NCBI GenBank assembly: GCA_964016885.1
Contig: OZ024743.1
Location: 68,510,001-68,574,000 of the forward strand
DNA: 64,000 nucleotides
Source of the DNA: Eledone cirrhosa
Taxonomy: Eukaryota
Reading direction: 5' to 3'
Shown: piece by piece, positions 14,850 through 30,002 of the stretch
Numbering within the stretch: the first letter of the stretch is position 1
Layout: every line of letters begins with the position of its first letter
Position numbers and translations under genes: made by a program
Notes under the pieces: generated by a model
What the model was told of the DNA's origin: nothing
Seen by the model: the letters and a program-made list of their open reading frames with translations, nothing else
The model's database searches: none

Positions 14850-15443
14850 TGTCAGGTCACCAGTTGGTGCTACTGGTAACATGTATTCCAGTACAACCTG
14901 TCCCATGGTCGGGTCGTTGGCGACTAAACTGGCTACCCCACCAAGGTTTCTTGGTGAGGAGGGTGACTTTGGACATCCTGCAGGACTAAAAACAAAACCT
15001 GTCAAAGGGCAAAGGAGTTCTTGAGAGTCAATGGCCATCCAAAATCACCGGGAGAGATGACCACTTAGCCTTTGTCAAGGCAGAATTCTAGGAGAAGGAA
15101 AACTCTAATATAACACATCCAATGATGTTGACTTGTTCTTCTTTTTGGTAAATATCATCTTGGTTAAGAGAGTGGGACTGGCTTTGTGCAGTGCCTTTGC
15201 TCACTATAAAAGCTTCACGGCACAGGCATTGCTTTATGTCTGGAGATCCCTCTACACTTGTCGTCACATGGTACCATGGGCCCAGCACTATGTGTCAATA
15301 ATTGTCACAAGTGTAGTGTTTGTACCAGAGTTTTCAAGTCGCTGGCTGGACTAAAAAGTCACACTTGTGCAGCACATCGGTAGGAGTTCTCCTACATGGA
15401 TATAAAGTAGTGGTCATACTCGAAAACGAGTTGGCAGACACCA
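14850..15443. mobile_element. Unclassified ~600 bp interspersed repeat, inverted relative to 10702-11592
   Basis: The ORF track shows identical translated strings on opposite strands (for example FFFLVNIILVKRVGLALCSAFAHYKSF), reflecting DNA identity. Confidence 0.75.
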
Positions 15444-15476
15444 TATATATACATATATATAAATATATTTAAATAT

Positions 15477-15915
15477 ATATACAATGATATTAAATAAATG
15501 GAAACCATATTGAAAAAAACATATTTATTCTATTATATATATTCCAAGGCTACCAAAATTTTGGTACGCTATCGTCAGATAAAATATGAAGTGCGTTTTA
15601 TAAATGTTGACATAAGAAAGAAGAATATACCTTAACGGTTCAAGTCATCCCTGGATAACTTGAACCGTTAAGGTATATTCTTCTTGATTATGTCAACATT
15701 TATAAAACACACTTCATATTTTATCTGACGATAGCGTACCAAAATTTTGGTAGCCTTGAAATATATATAATAGAATAAATATGGTTTTATCAATATGGTT
15801 TCCATTTATTTAATAACATTGTATATTATAGTCCAGAACATCGGTTGAGTGCTCTGAATCAGTTATAAATATTTATATTTGTTGAATTACCAACAAATTG
15901 GATATCCCTTCTGCT

Positions 15916-15920
<5 letters not shown>
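15477..15920. mobile_element. Asymmetric fold-back Penelope-like pLTR element (~172 bp arms plus 3' tail) in (TA)n
   Basis: 15477-15650 is the reverse complement of 15653-15826, and the right arm continues ~95 bp to a (TA)n tract. Confidence 0.8.
15717..15780 (+). ncRNA. Minimal type I hammerhead motif (mirror copy on the minus strand ~15525-15587 has an altered core region)
   Basis: tattttat-CTGACGA-tagcg taccaaaa ttttggta gcctt-GAAA-tatata-TA-atagaata. Confidence 0.7.
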
Positions 15921-16492
<572 letters not shown>

Positions 16493-17892
16493 CCATTTTG
16501 ACACCTAGATCCGAACGGATACATATCCGCACTCACATGCATATTTATATGCATGTATTTATGTATATATGTGCTTATATGCATAATACTTACATACGTA
16601 AGATATTGCACTGTCCAAGATGGTACAGTTCCTGTCAGGGATGTTTTTCCTTGACGAAGTCGCCTCAACGTACATAAAGAGAGTGAGGTAAACATTTCCC
16701 GCTTCCTGACCCCGTAGGTTTGTGTCAGATGTGTAAATCTGTCTTTGATCTCATTATCTGTTATGCCCGTATATTTTTATCGGGGTAACATCTAATGTTG
16801 TGAGTGTTGCTTTCTATACCACAACCATTGTGAAGTAGACCCCCCCCCCCACCGCACGACTATCAATATAGTTTCAATAATTATAGTTTGGTGTATGTGT
16901 TATAAGCTCTGCTGATGCACGTCTGTTTTTGTCTGTTATAACGTGTGATATTGGAAGCAATGATATGAAGACTGGAGTGGATATTATTTGTGTATATTTG
17001 GAAAGTACCGTCTAATTGAGATAAGAAAGTTCTTAGCTATATTGTTACTCTCATCTAGTTTGAAATGACAAGTGAACAGATTATGTTTCTATTCATAACT
17101 CCTTTCCACAGAAACTAGTATATTCTTAAGGCCACTTCTTTCTATTGTTTCATTCTGATGGCCTACAGCCCTCTCTAATCCTGAGATTATTCTGTTAATC
17201 TCCTTCACTAGCTGCCTGCCGATACATCAGAAAAGCATGTTTCTAGATATATGTATTTTTCTTCACTTCTGCTGTGCTGGCATATTTGAGATTTAGATGT
17301 ATGTGAGAAAATGTCAGTCGTAACCATGATGTTTAAAGCCAAAATCTTTTAAGACCTTTTTTTTCTGAAATAAGGCATCTTATACGGTTTATATGGAATG
17401 GGATTACTAGGGCACCGTGTTCTCTACAGGCGTAAACTATGGTAATTTTCAAGGAAGAAGCATCGACGTGATTTAGCCTTGAGATGAAAACACATGGACA
17501 TGTCGAATCAATTTTCACTCAGTGTAATCTCTCATGAAACAGCAGTGACTACTTAGAAATTTAAGGTCAGAGCACATTGACCAGGAATACATACCACACA
17601 ACATGATATCTTAGGTTCTTAGATTCCTTCGAATGTGCCTCAGTTTTCTAATTAATAGTAAGCAAAGCTTACAAACACCGTTTAGGTTTTAGAATAGTAA
17701 CTGCAGTATTTGTAAACTTCATTACAAATCTGTGAAATGAAGGGAAGCGAGCAACGTATCAACAGATATAAATAGATTGGGTTAGTGACTCGGTCAAACA
17801 GCTAACAACAACAACACCAAAATAATGATGTTGTTATATCTCTAAACTCTCTCAAAATGTTTAGTTTAAACAATGTCAAATCTAAACTATAA

Positions 17893-17997
17893 TATAATAA
17901 TAAGTGCTTCTGCTTTTGTCACGGGGCCAGCAATTGTCCGGGTGTGTTGCAGGTGCTTTGTGGTGTCGGCCACGTAGGGATGAAAGGGAAAAAGTTA
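17893..17997 (-). mobile_element. SINE family A-like 3' half with strongly biased substitutions, fused to the Tx1 3' UTR
   Basis: Reverse complement cctttcatccctacgtggccgacaccacaaagcacctgcaacacacccggacaattgctggccccgtgacaaaagcagaagcactt aligns to the SINE 3' half. Confidence 0.65.
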
Positions 17998-20968
17998 TAC
18001 AAACATTTATAGTCGAAAAATTATAGAACAGAACACAGACAGAGGTAAACGCAACAACGGACACGGGTTTCAAAAGTTTTTAACACAACAACCCCTACTT
18101 CCCTTAGCAGCAGCAGCAACAGCAACACTTGTAACCGATGTTACTGGCCTTGTAAAACGAAAAACGCAAAGGAGAAAAACAAATAAAAAAGGGAGAGAGA
18201 AAAAGGAAAGAAAAGCTAAGTCAGAAATTCAAACATTACAATGAAACTTGTGTTTGTTTTTGTTGTTGTTTTTTTTTTTTAGGTTTTTATCTATTTGTTT
18301 GTTTGTTTGTTTATGTTCGTCTACAGCGTGACGGTGCCACGCTAAAATCACCGAGGTTGATGAAATCACTGGGGGTGATGAAAACACCGGTGGTTATGTA
18401 ACCATACCTTCACCAATCCTCGATATGAGTGTTTAAATGTCGAACCTAAACAGTTCGAATAACGGTAAACGTCCCTGGTGTGACCCGGGTACCCCACCCT
18501 GCGCTTCTAGGGCACCCAGGGAGAGGAACCCTCTCCTCAAGTTATCTAGCCTATAGGCGCATGGTCAGAGTAGGCCCATTCACACGAGCCATTGTACTGG
18601 GGGGCAGCACTTCACTCTCCACCCTCACCTTCCTTTCCAGGTGAAACTTGAAGAAGTTGATAAAGGATTGGCCGAAGAGAAAAGTGTCTGTCTTCAGTCC
18701 TTTTAATCTGGTCCACCATATAACCTCTTTTGCAACTGCCACCAGACAGAGGAAAATGTCCTGCTCTTCTTGACCCAAGGAAGGCGGCGGGTCGATATTT
18801 CACTATGGTCTCGGCCGATAGCCGGATTCGTTCCACACGCGACAGTAGCTGTTCGACATGAGGGATTTCTGGAAATTGTCCATCGTCCCTGGCTCGAAAG
18901 TCCTCCGGTACAGACTGGTTAGTTCGACTTCGTCGAGGCCCAAAGCTTCTCCGAGTGCGTCATCGCACTTGCCCACCACTAATACTCTATAGAACTCTAA
19001 AGTGGAAGTTCCACTGATCGCATTGCCCGCTTGGTAGAGGGCAGTGAGTGCCTGGCAACATTCCAGGTTCCAGTAACCCAGTCTCGGTTTCTTCTTGACC
19101 AAGGACTGCAGCTCTGTCAAAGAAATGAGCTGCGGAGAGGCCCGTCTGATAAACGGCGACCACACCTGTTCACCGTTTAGGCAGAATATCTGGAGATGTC
19201 GCAGCCTCAACGCATGTCTGCGCTTCATTAGCCACGTCAAGCCCAGCCATCCGCGTAGAGGGTGCTGGCAGCAGATGGACCGCCTCACCAAGGGAACTTG
19301 TCCCCGCCACAAGAATTTGAAGAGGAGGCGTTCCAATTTGACGAGGCGCGGACGGGGGCAAGGAATGACGGTCATGCGGTAGTAGATGACAGATGCGATG
19401 TATGCATTCACCCCCTCCGTGCGACCTGTCAGTGATACCTTCCTCCCAGCCCATTTTTGGGTGAGACTGCCTACTCTGCTCATTACCTCGTCCCAATTCT
19501 TTTCCACCTGGAGGTCTGGTCCGAAACAAACCCCGAGCAACTTTACCGGTCCGTCCGTCCAGCGCCTCACCATGCTGTTGGACGGCATGGGCTTGCCTCT
19601 CCAGGTTCCGAGCTGCAAGCCCACCGACTTTTCCGGGTTAAATTTGGCTCATGTCAACCTTTCATATTCCTTTAATAAGGTGCCGACCACCTCGATTTCT
19701 GAGGTGTTCGACACCATCACGGTGATGTCGTCCGCATAAGCCGACACCGCCTTTCCACGTCCCGGGATGCCCTGCAACAGCTCCAGCTTCCGCAGTAACG
19801 ACTCGAGAGTTAATACGTACAGAAGGTAAGAGAGAGGGCACTCTTGACGGACAGATCGGGAGAGCCGAAATGGTTCCGAGAGGTGGCCATTAACCTTGAC
19901 CACCGAGCGTGTGCCGCTGTGCATTGCAGCAATCCAGCTTCTGAAGACAAAGCCGAATCCGCTGCTTTGAGGACAGACTCCAGATACCGATGGTCGACCC
20001 TATCGAATGCTTTCGATTGATCTAAATTGATCAGTGCCCCACCGAAGCCAGGTTTACACCCTACCCTCTCCATGATGTATCGCATGATGTGGAGATTGTC
20101 GTGTATGGACCTGGCTGGGATTGCGCAAGTTTGCGCCTTAACAACCAAATCCTCAACGACAAGCGCCAATCTCTTTGCTAACACCTTGGCCAAAATCTTA
20201 AACTCTGTGTTGAGCAGAGTTATGGCCTGAAGTTGTCTAATGTATCCCTCTTGTTCTAGTTTTTCCTCATCAGCGTCACCACTCCCCTGCTCACAGAACT
20301 GGGAATACTCCCATTCTGCAGCCAGTTGCAGTAGAGTGTTTCGAGGAGATCGGAGAACAAGTCTGGCATATTTACGTAAAGCTCGTAGGGCAGGCCATCC
20401 AAACCGGGTGACTTGCGCCTCATGCAGCCGACAAGGGCGTCCTGAATTTCGACTGAAGTAATCGGCCTTTCGCAGCGCTCAGCGTCGACTGTCGAGATGC
20501 GCGGCAAGCCGTCAAAGTAGGGACTGAAATCCGGTTGTCTCTCTGACTTGCCACTCTCTCCGAACAACCGAGCAAAGTGCTGGTGAAAGGCCTCACATAT
20601 CCTCTTGGAATCGCTTATCTCGTGTCCCTCTCGGTCCGCCAATGACCGAATTGTGGTTTTATTACCACGCTGCGCCTCCGCCACGCGGGCCCATCGAACA
20701 GCTTTGGTTCCCTTGTTTCTCAGTGCACGCGCCTTAGCTCTGACAATGCAACCTTCGTGTTTCGCATTTTAGAAATGGTCCAATGCCATTCTCGCCGCTA
20801 GCACGTCAGTTGAAATGCCACTACAAATAGCCTCGTATAACTTATCTACCAGCTCCCCATCCTTACTACTTTTCTCTAACGCTAGTACTTTGCTGAACTC
20901 TATCGAAGTTACTCTAATCTCTCTTTTGAGAGCCCCGCACCATCTGTTGTTGATGATCCCCCCTGTCA
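17998..20968 (-). mobile_element. 5'-truncated, frameshifted L1-clade (Tx1-like) LINE: ORF2 reverse transcriptase remnant 20968-18551 plus 3' UTR
   Basis: Consecutive minus-strand ORF pieces contain KSPGLDGLPYELY, LAKRLA..QTCAIP.RSIHDN, LDQSKAFDRVDH, RQECPLS, AYADDITV, LFKFLWRG. Confidence 0.9.
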
Positions 20969-20969
20969 A

Positions 20970-21325
20970 ATTTCAAAAGTTTTGAACGCAACAGCCCTAC
21001 TTCCCATGAAGCTAAAATCAAAAGAGCACAGCAGCAACGAAAACCGTAAAGAGAAGAAAAAAAAAGAAAGAACAAACAAACAAACAAAAAAACTAAGTCA
21101 GATATTCAAACATTACAATGAAACTTGTTTATTTGTTTAACTTTTTACCTATATATTCCTTTATTTATTTATGTTCGTCTACAGCGTGATAGTACCACGC
21201 TAAAATCACCGGGAGTGATCAAATCACTGGGGATGATGAAAACACCGGTGGTTATGTAACCATACATTCACCAATCCTCGATATGAGTGTTTAAATGTCG
21301 AACCTAAACAGTTCGAATAACGGTT
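20970..21325 (-). mobile_element. Second copy of the Tx1 3' UTR segment (direct repeat of 18068-18465)
   Basis: Shared blocks tttcaaaagttt, aagtcaga.attcaaacattacaatgaaacttg and ~150 bp tatgttcgtctacagcgtga...cagttcgaataacggt. Confidence 0.85.
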
Positions 21326-23857
21326 AAGTGGAGACTAGAACGTCATGTGACAGACTCCCACCCAGCAAGTGCTCCCTAGCCCAGCAGCAGGGACCAGGCT
21401 GTCATCCAAATACTGCTGGTGTCGGAGAAACAAGGAGAAGGAAAGGGACCAGAACCAACTGGACGAAAAAATTGAATAGAACTGTTATGCAATGTTACCT
21501 GAAGAGTAACCCCAAGGAGAAAGGCTATAGGAAACGGATACATAACATCTGGAACGAGATTGGTCTATTTAAATTAGATGAACAAAAACTGGCCGGGCAG
21601 GCTCGGGTGATAAGAACTAATGGGTGGATAAGCGAGCTGTAACTGGAGGAACTCAGCAGAGAGATTAGATTGGAAATGGAGAGTGGAGTATGCCAGGCAA
21701 ACGAGCCAGTGGGAAATGAAGGTGAAGAGGTTGAGAGAACGGATGAAGTATCCGAAGCAGACAATGATCTGAATGCTGAAATAAATAATACCTGGAACAA
21801 AGAACCGCATGTTTGACAACACCCAGAAGATGTAAACTGTGTTTACAAGCATTGTGTCTGAGAAAATCTGCAATCACCTCCACATAAACAACTTGTTACC
21901 GGACGAACAGAAAGGATGCCTAAAGAAGTCCTGTGGTACAAAGAACCAGTTACTTATTGATAAAATGGTAATGAGGAATTGCAGGAGGAGACACACTGGT
22001 CTTGCCATGGGATGGATAGACTACAAAAAGGCATTCGACATGGTACCTCATTCTTGGATAACCAAAATCCTAGAAATCTTCAAGGTGGCAGATAATATCA
22101 GACAGTTGTTGAGCAAAATTGTTAAGTCCTGGAAAACAGGAGTTAACATCGGGCGGAGAATCATTGGGAGACGTGAAAATCAAGAGAGGTATCTTCCAGG
22201 GAGATAGTTTGTCCCCTCTGTTGTTTGTCCTTGACCTGATCCCACTGACCATTATACTGCGAAAAGTGAGAGCATGATACAAGTTGGGAAAGGGAGAGCT
22301 TACCATCAATCACCTCTTCTTCATGGACGATCTTAAGCTCTTCGGGAAGAGTGAGGAGTTGCATGTGCTTGTTGACACTGTCCGTATTTTCAGCAGTGAT
22401 ATATGTATGCAATTTGTTATTAGTAAGTGTGGAGTCCTTGTGATGAAGAGGGGTAAATTGAGCAGAAGCAACGGAATTCAGGTACTAACAGGTGAGATGA
22501 TAAAGGAAATTGATACTGAAGAAGGATACAAATATTTAGGTGTTCTGGAGGCTGATGACATCAAGAACAAAAAAATGAAGGAATTGATAAGATCTGAACA
22601 CATTCGGAGAGTAAGGAGCGTATTAAAGTCACATCTGAACAGTAGGAATGCTATAAGTGCAGTAAATTCCCGAGCTGTGTCTATTATTAGGTACAGTGCT
22701 GGAATTCTGAGATGGAATGTTGCTGAACAAAAAGAAATGGATAGGAAGACGAGGAAGCTATTGACTATCTACAACATGTTCCACAAGAGGAGTGATGTCG
22801 ATATACTCTACTTAAGGAGATCTGAAGGTGGAAGACGTCTTATCAGCATAGAGGAATGTGTTGAGATGGAGAAAAACAACCTACACAAATACGTGACTGA
22901 TGTAGGGAGACAATGCTCAGAATTGTACTGAAGTAGAGGACAATAGACCAGGGGATGTCCAAGGAGGAAATAACAACAAGGAGAAAGGGCAACCTTCATG
23001 AAAAATCCCTTCATAGTATCTTCTTTGAGAAAACTGAATTTAGAGATGCACAGACATGGAACTGTTTGTAAAGAGGAGACATTAAAAAGGCTACAGAAGG
23101 AATGTTAATGGCTGCGCAAGAGCAGTCCCTCAAAACGAAGTGGCTGAAACACCATATTTACAAGGAGGAGGCTAGCCCACTGTGTACGATGTGTGGAGAG
23201 AGAGAGGAGACTGTGGCTCACATTGTATCCGAGTGTAAACACCTAGCCCAGACTCACTATAAAGGCATGATGTGATGGGCAGGGTGATCCACTGGCATCT
23301 ATGCAAAGTAAACAATTTACCACATTCTGAGAAGTGGTATGAGCATAAGCCAGAGTCGGTGATAGAAAATGATCAGATGAAGGTGCTGTGGGATTGTAGG
23401 ATACAGACGGACAAGAAACTGGAACACAATAGACCTGACCTGGTGGTTTTGGACAAGGGAAAAAGATCCTGCCCGATTGTGGATGTAGCCTGCCCATTCG
23501 ACACGAGAGTGCAAGAGAAGGAGAGGGAGAAAATTAACCGATACCAGGACTTAAAGAGGGAGGTAAAAAGGATTTGGAACTGCCATGAGGTCAACGTGTT
23601 CCCGATTGTCATAGGCGCACTAGGTACTATCTCAAAGAGTTTCCAAGGATGGTTAAAGAAAATTGGTCCCGCCCCGCTTTTAGGAACTCTTCAAAAGGCA
23701 TGCTTGCTGGGAAAAGCAACAACCCTCCAATATGTCCTGAATATCTGAGGCTGCAGGTAGTGGCTTGATATTCATTTCAACAAACTTTCCAGTTAAATAA
23801 CATCAATGACTGAGACTCAAAGAACAACAACACAACAACAACAACAACAATAATAAT
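21326..23857 (+). mobile_element. Decayed R4/Dong-clade non-LTR retrotransposon (RT, CCHC finger, restriction-like endonuclease), internally deleted near 21800
   Basis: GYRKRIHNIW..EQKLAGQARVI, EQKGC, WIDYKKAFDMVPH, GIFQGDSLSPLLF, FMDDLKL, C-x2-C...HIVSEC, RPDLVVLD..VDVACPFD..EK..RYQDL. ORF ends at 23748, followed by a (CAA)n(TAA)n tail. Confidence 0.88.
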
Positions 23858-24043
23858 AATTGTTTCTACGTTAGGCACAAGGCCAGTAATTATTCAGTGT
23901 ATTACTGGTACTTTATTTTATCAACCCCGTAAGGATGAAAGGCAAAGTTAACCTCGGTGGGATTTGAACTCAGAATGGCAAGGGCCGTAACTCTATGTGT
24001 CAAAGCATGGCGTCCGACCCTCTACCAATACTGCCAATCCAGC
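23858..24043 (-). mobile_element. SINE family A copy, tail-to-tail with the Dong-like LINE
   Basis: Full-length reverse complement of the family consensus. Confidence 0.85.
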
Positions 24044-24424
24044 CTAATAATTATAATAATATTTGCTAGAAATCCAGTTATAGAAAACCTAATTTTAGCA
24101 GTGCTAATGAAGAATGAAGTAGTGATGATTCTAAATCAATAACTTTCGTAAAACTATTCTAAAAATAATAGAATCTCTGTGATTACTTTGCGCCCCTTCA
24201 AAATTTGGTGAATTCCTAGAAAATTTTTAAATGGCGTTTATATAAATTCTAAAAATATTAGCAAAGATAAGCTTAACGCCGCAATTCAATAATGATTACA
24301 TAGCAATCAAATCGGTCGAATACACATACGCATATATATATATATATAAATATATACACACACACATACACACTCACATATATGTGTACATATATATATA
24401 TATAACATATATACATATGTACAC

Positions 24425-24515
<91 letters not shown>

Positions 24516-24840
24516 TATATATAATAAGGTACGTATATATGTATATACAAATATGGTTGTGTGTGTTTATGTGTGTGTGTGTATGTAAATGGGTTTGATA
24601 AACTTGTTCTGTTAATCCCATATTTCCTGCTTTCTGAAACAGAAAAGCCCGCGGTATAACAGCCGTGATATAATTACGCCACAGCAATAACAGTCTATGT
24701 ACCTCCAGATTTCGATTCTCAGGAATGTCTAGTAGAGTATTTTACTCCTTTTCGAATATTTCCATGAATCAATTTTGTTCGCAATTATTTTCTGCGTTAT
24801 AGATTTTCTACATTTACTAACTGCATATACATACATACAT

Positions 24841-26373
<1,533 letters not shown>

Positions 26374-27713
26374 ATATATATATATATATATATATCATAA
26401 AGTGTGTCCATAGAATCATTTGATAAAATATATATACCATTTCCTCTCCCAATTAGCATAATTATCGACATAAAAAATCAATTAGACCAGGCTATAAGAA
26501 TAAAGGCTCCCATGAAGAAATATTTGATAAATAAACGAAAGCAGCCTCTTCGTGGCCGACCACAATAGAATATTTACCCAACATTTCAACAGCATGTAGA
26601 AATCGACTAAATATACCGCCAACTATATACAATTAGGTATAAAATTAAAGTTAGAAGAAATGCGTACACGCTTACCATGATTATGTCCCTACCCTGGCGT
26701 TACGTTCGCATTTTGAGATAACCTATTAAGGATAAAATCTCGAGTTTCGAACTCATCGGGAGACAAACTCATAGGACAGGTAATTTTCCAAAGCGATCCC
26801 CGCCAGAAACAGATTCAAAAATGGCTAAGAATCGTGACTTGGCAGTGGTCAAGTTAGAAAGAATGTGACTGGTTGCTTACGGCGAGTGGGTTGGTTGCTA
26901 GAAAGCGCAGCCCAATATTGCCCAAATTGCATCTCAACCTAATAGGAGATTATTAATTATAAAGATTTACATATACACAAACTAAACAAAGTCACAGATA
27001 TATATGTGGCAACCATTCACGATGTGGCTCAATGAAGAATTAATAAATTAAATAATATATATATATATATAGGTTTGGTGAGCCGATTTAAGTTAAATCT
27101 GCTCTCCAAACAAACAATTCTATCCAATCGATTTTTAAGTCTCTCATGGGGCTACTCCCTTTATAATGGGTTTTTTAAATATTTGGGATCATTAAATTTG
27201 CTAAGGTAAGATTATTTTCTTATCTTGGCAATATAACATTCTTCATAACGCATTGTTTTGATTTTCAAAATTTATATTTGTAAACATATATTTACTTGGA
27301 AGATTTGAGCCCGTATTAAATTATTAAGACCAATATTTAACAGAGTACGCAATACTTCGAATTGTAGAGTATGACTATATTCCGAAAGATACGGGACCCG
27401 AGTGCGGATCTCTCACTTTTTCAACAGTTAGTTCCGAGTCTGGATCTGGCTATTTAAATGAGAAGAGCTCAACCGTCTAATATATATATTGGAACGAAAT
27501 TTCATCTTTGCATAGAGAAGAGTTAACAGATATATAAAAAGAATTAAAAGTCATGCCATCGTTCTTATTGTGTGGTGAAAGTAAAAGGAAAACGGAACAG
27601 TATTTTAATAAGAAGATAATTTTGCGGACGTTGAAGGGCATACAACTTCAAATGACAAATGGCTATATTATGAATGTTGGTTAATACAATATTCCCTTAC
27701 CACTCAGCCACTT

Positions 27714-27749
<36 letters not shown>

Positions 27750-27753
27750 GGTA

Positions 27754-27804
<51 letters not shown>

Positions 27805-28082
27805 CTTTCTTTATTAACCACAAGGGTTTACAGAACGTAGACATTAAGGACAGTACAGGACAATACAGGACGGTACAAATGGGCATTTCTGCGTGTAAAA
27901 AAAACAAAAAAAAACACAGAGGATGTAATAAAAGAACAATGAAAAATTCCCCAATGGAGGGAGACTTCCGAGGATGATCGTGGAGAAAGCCCATCAAAAA
28001 AAGCCACGGTGACCCTGACAACCAGGGCATGTGTCCTCTCCCAGTTTTCCACCTTCATTTGACAGGCATATACTCAGAGTAG
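27754..28082 (-). mobile_element. Probable 3' end of a Tx1/L1-type LINE with a (TTA)n tail
   Basis: The reverse complement has a T-rich UTR ending cccttgtggttAATAAAgaaagc(att)n. Its start (TLSICL) resembles the Tx1 ORF2 end at 18551 (TLTMRL). Confidence 0.45.
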
Positions 28083-28084
28083 GT

Positions 28085-29760
28085 CCATTCACTCGGGCAA
28101 TAACAATAGAAACAATCATAAAGGAACTTGAGCAGGAACAAACCTATAAATACTTAGGTATTAATGAGAGCTTTGGCATTCAGCATGCAATATGAAAGAG
28201 AGGATAAGGAAAGAATGTTACAGAGTACGTGCAGTTCTGAGATCAGAACTAAACGCTCGTAACAAGGTGCTAGCTATAAATTCCTTGGCTGTCCCAGTTG
28301 TCACTTATAGCTTCGGTGTGTTGAACTGGAATATGAGTGAAATCAAAAGAATCGACACCAAAGTCCGTAATTTACAGACCTGTAATAGGATGCACCGCCC
28401 AAAAGCAGATGTGGTTCGTCTTTACCTTCCTAGAACTCAAGGAGGCGCTGGCATGATCCAATTTGAACTTGCTTACAAGACCACCAACATTGGACTGGCC
28501 AAATACCTTGAAACAACTAACGACTGTATGGTGAAACATGTTGAAAAGCATGAGAGAACTAAGAAGCTTCATTCTATCTTGACTGAGAGCAAAAAATATG
28601 CTACTGATCTCATGCTTGATACCCAGGCTGGACAGACTAAAGAAACTGTTGCAACTGATGCTGCTGGGCACATAAAATCACTGGCAAAAGCAAAAGGGCA
28701 AGGATAATTAGCATCAGATTGGTAGCAGAAACCTCTGCATGGCAAATATGTGGACCGTAGCAAACAAGCTGATGTTGACCAAAAGCACACCCATCAGTGG
28801 CTACGTAGTTCAGGGCTAAAGGCGGAGAGTGAAGGCTTCATCTTAGCTGCCCAAGATCAAAGCTTATTGACTCGAAATTACTAGGCCAATGTGATGAGAA
28901 ACGGAATAAACCCCAAGTGCCGATTCTCAATGCTGAGGTTGAAACAGTGGATCACTTAGTCTCTGGATGTAAAGTTTTAGCACCAGTAACATACAAATAT
29001 AGACATGAGAGAATTGATCAATACCTACACTGGGTAATATGTCGGCATTAGAAAGCTGAAGACAAGTGGTACAATCATCACCCTGAGGCTGTAACTGAAG
29101 GAGAGAAAGTAAAAATTCTCTGGGACTTTCCTGTACATACTGACAAGACCATAAAAGCAAATAGACTTGACATCATTGTAAAAGATCAACATAACAAGGC
29201 TGTTTATTGATAGATATGAGCATCCCATGTGATCACAATATCCCGGCAAAAGAATTTGGCAAGCTACGAAAATATAAAGATCTGCTTATTGAAATTGAGA
29301 AATAATGGTTTCTACTTTAGGCACAAGGCAATCAATTACAGTACATTACTGGTACTTTATTTTATCGACCCCGTAAGGATGAAAGGCAAGTAACATTATC
29401 AGTGATTGTGGGAGGACTGGCAATGATCAAGAAACGAACAGAACAATATTTGCGAATGATGCCTGGTTTACCCTCTCTGTACGAGGTGCAAAAAATTGTT
29501 TTGACTGGTACTGAACACGTATTGAGAAGAGCACTATCTCTCTAAGATTGATGTCCCTCCTTGTATTTACATATGCATATGCACATGTGTATATATGTAT
29601 ACTGTTTTTTTTGGTTTTGTTTTTTCAATTATAATCAATGTGCTGTATTAACTCATTACCAATGCACACTGTGAATTTATTTGCCCTAGGTGTCAGGAAG
29701 ACACTCGGCATTTATGTCAGAAACAATAATGAAAGAAAATAAAAACAATAATAATAATAA
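28085..29760 (+). mobile_element. Decayed 5'-truncated R4/Dong-clade LINE (second subfamily)
   Basis: YKYLGI, RVRAVLRSELNARNKVLAINSLAVPVVTYSFG, RLYLPRTQGG, EGFILAAQDQ, ETVDHLVSGC, KILWDF, with in-frame stops and frameshifts and an (AAT)n tail. Confidence 0.85.
29303..29390 (-). mobile_element. 5'-truncated SINE family A copy inside the Dong-like LINE
   Basis: gtttctactttaggcacaagg...tttatcgaccccgtaaggatgaaaggcaa interrupts the endonuclease coding remnant. Confidence 0.8.
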
Positions 29761-29763
29761 ATG

Positions 29764-29968
29764 TGAAGACTAAAATCCAAAGAAGGCTCGATAAGGATAA
29801 ATATATATCAAATATATAAGACCCCTAGAGCAAATATTTATTAAAATAACGGATTAAAGCATAAGTAAAGAATCGCTGCTTCCACCCTTAACGAGATCTT
29901 CTGTGTCAGAAGATCCCGTTAAGTGTGAAAGCAGCGATTCTTTGCTTAAGCTTAAATCTGTTATTTGA
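29764..29968. mobile_element. Short fold-back copy of the 30856-31256 family
   Basis: Arms ~29843-29903 and 29907-29968 share cagaagatcccgttaag.gtgaaagcagcgattctttgcttaa. Confidence 0.75.
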
Positions 29969-29971
29969 ATG

Positions 29972-30002
<31 letters not shown>

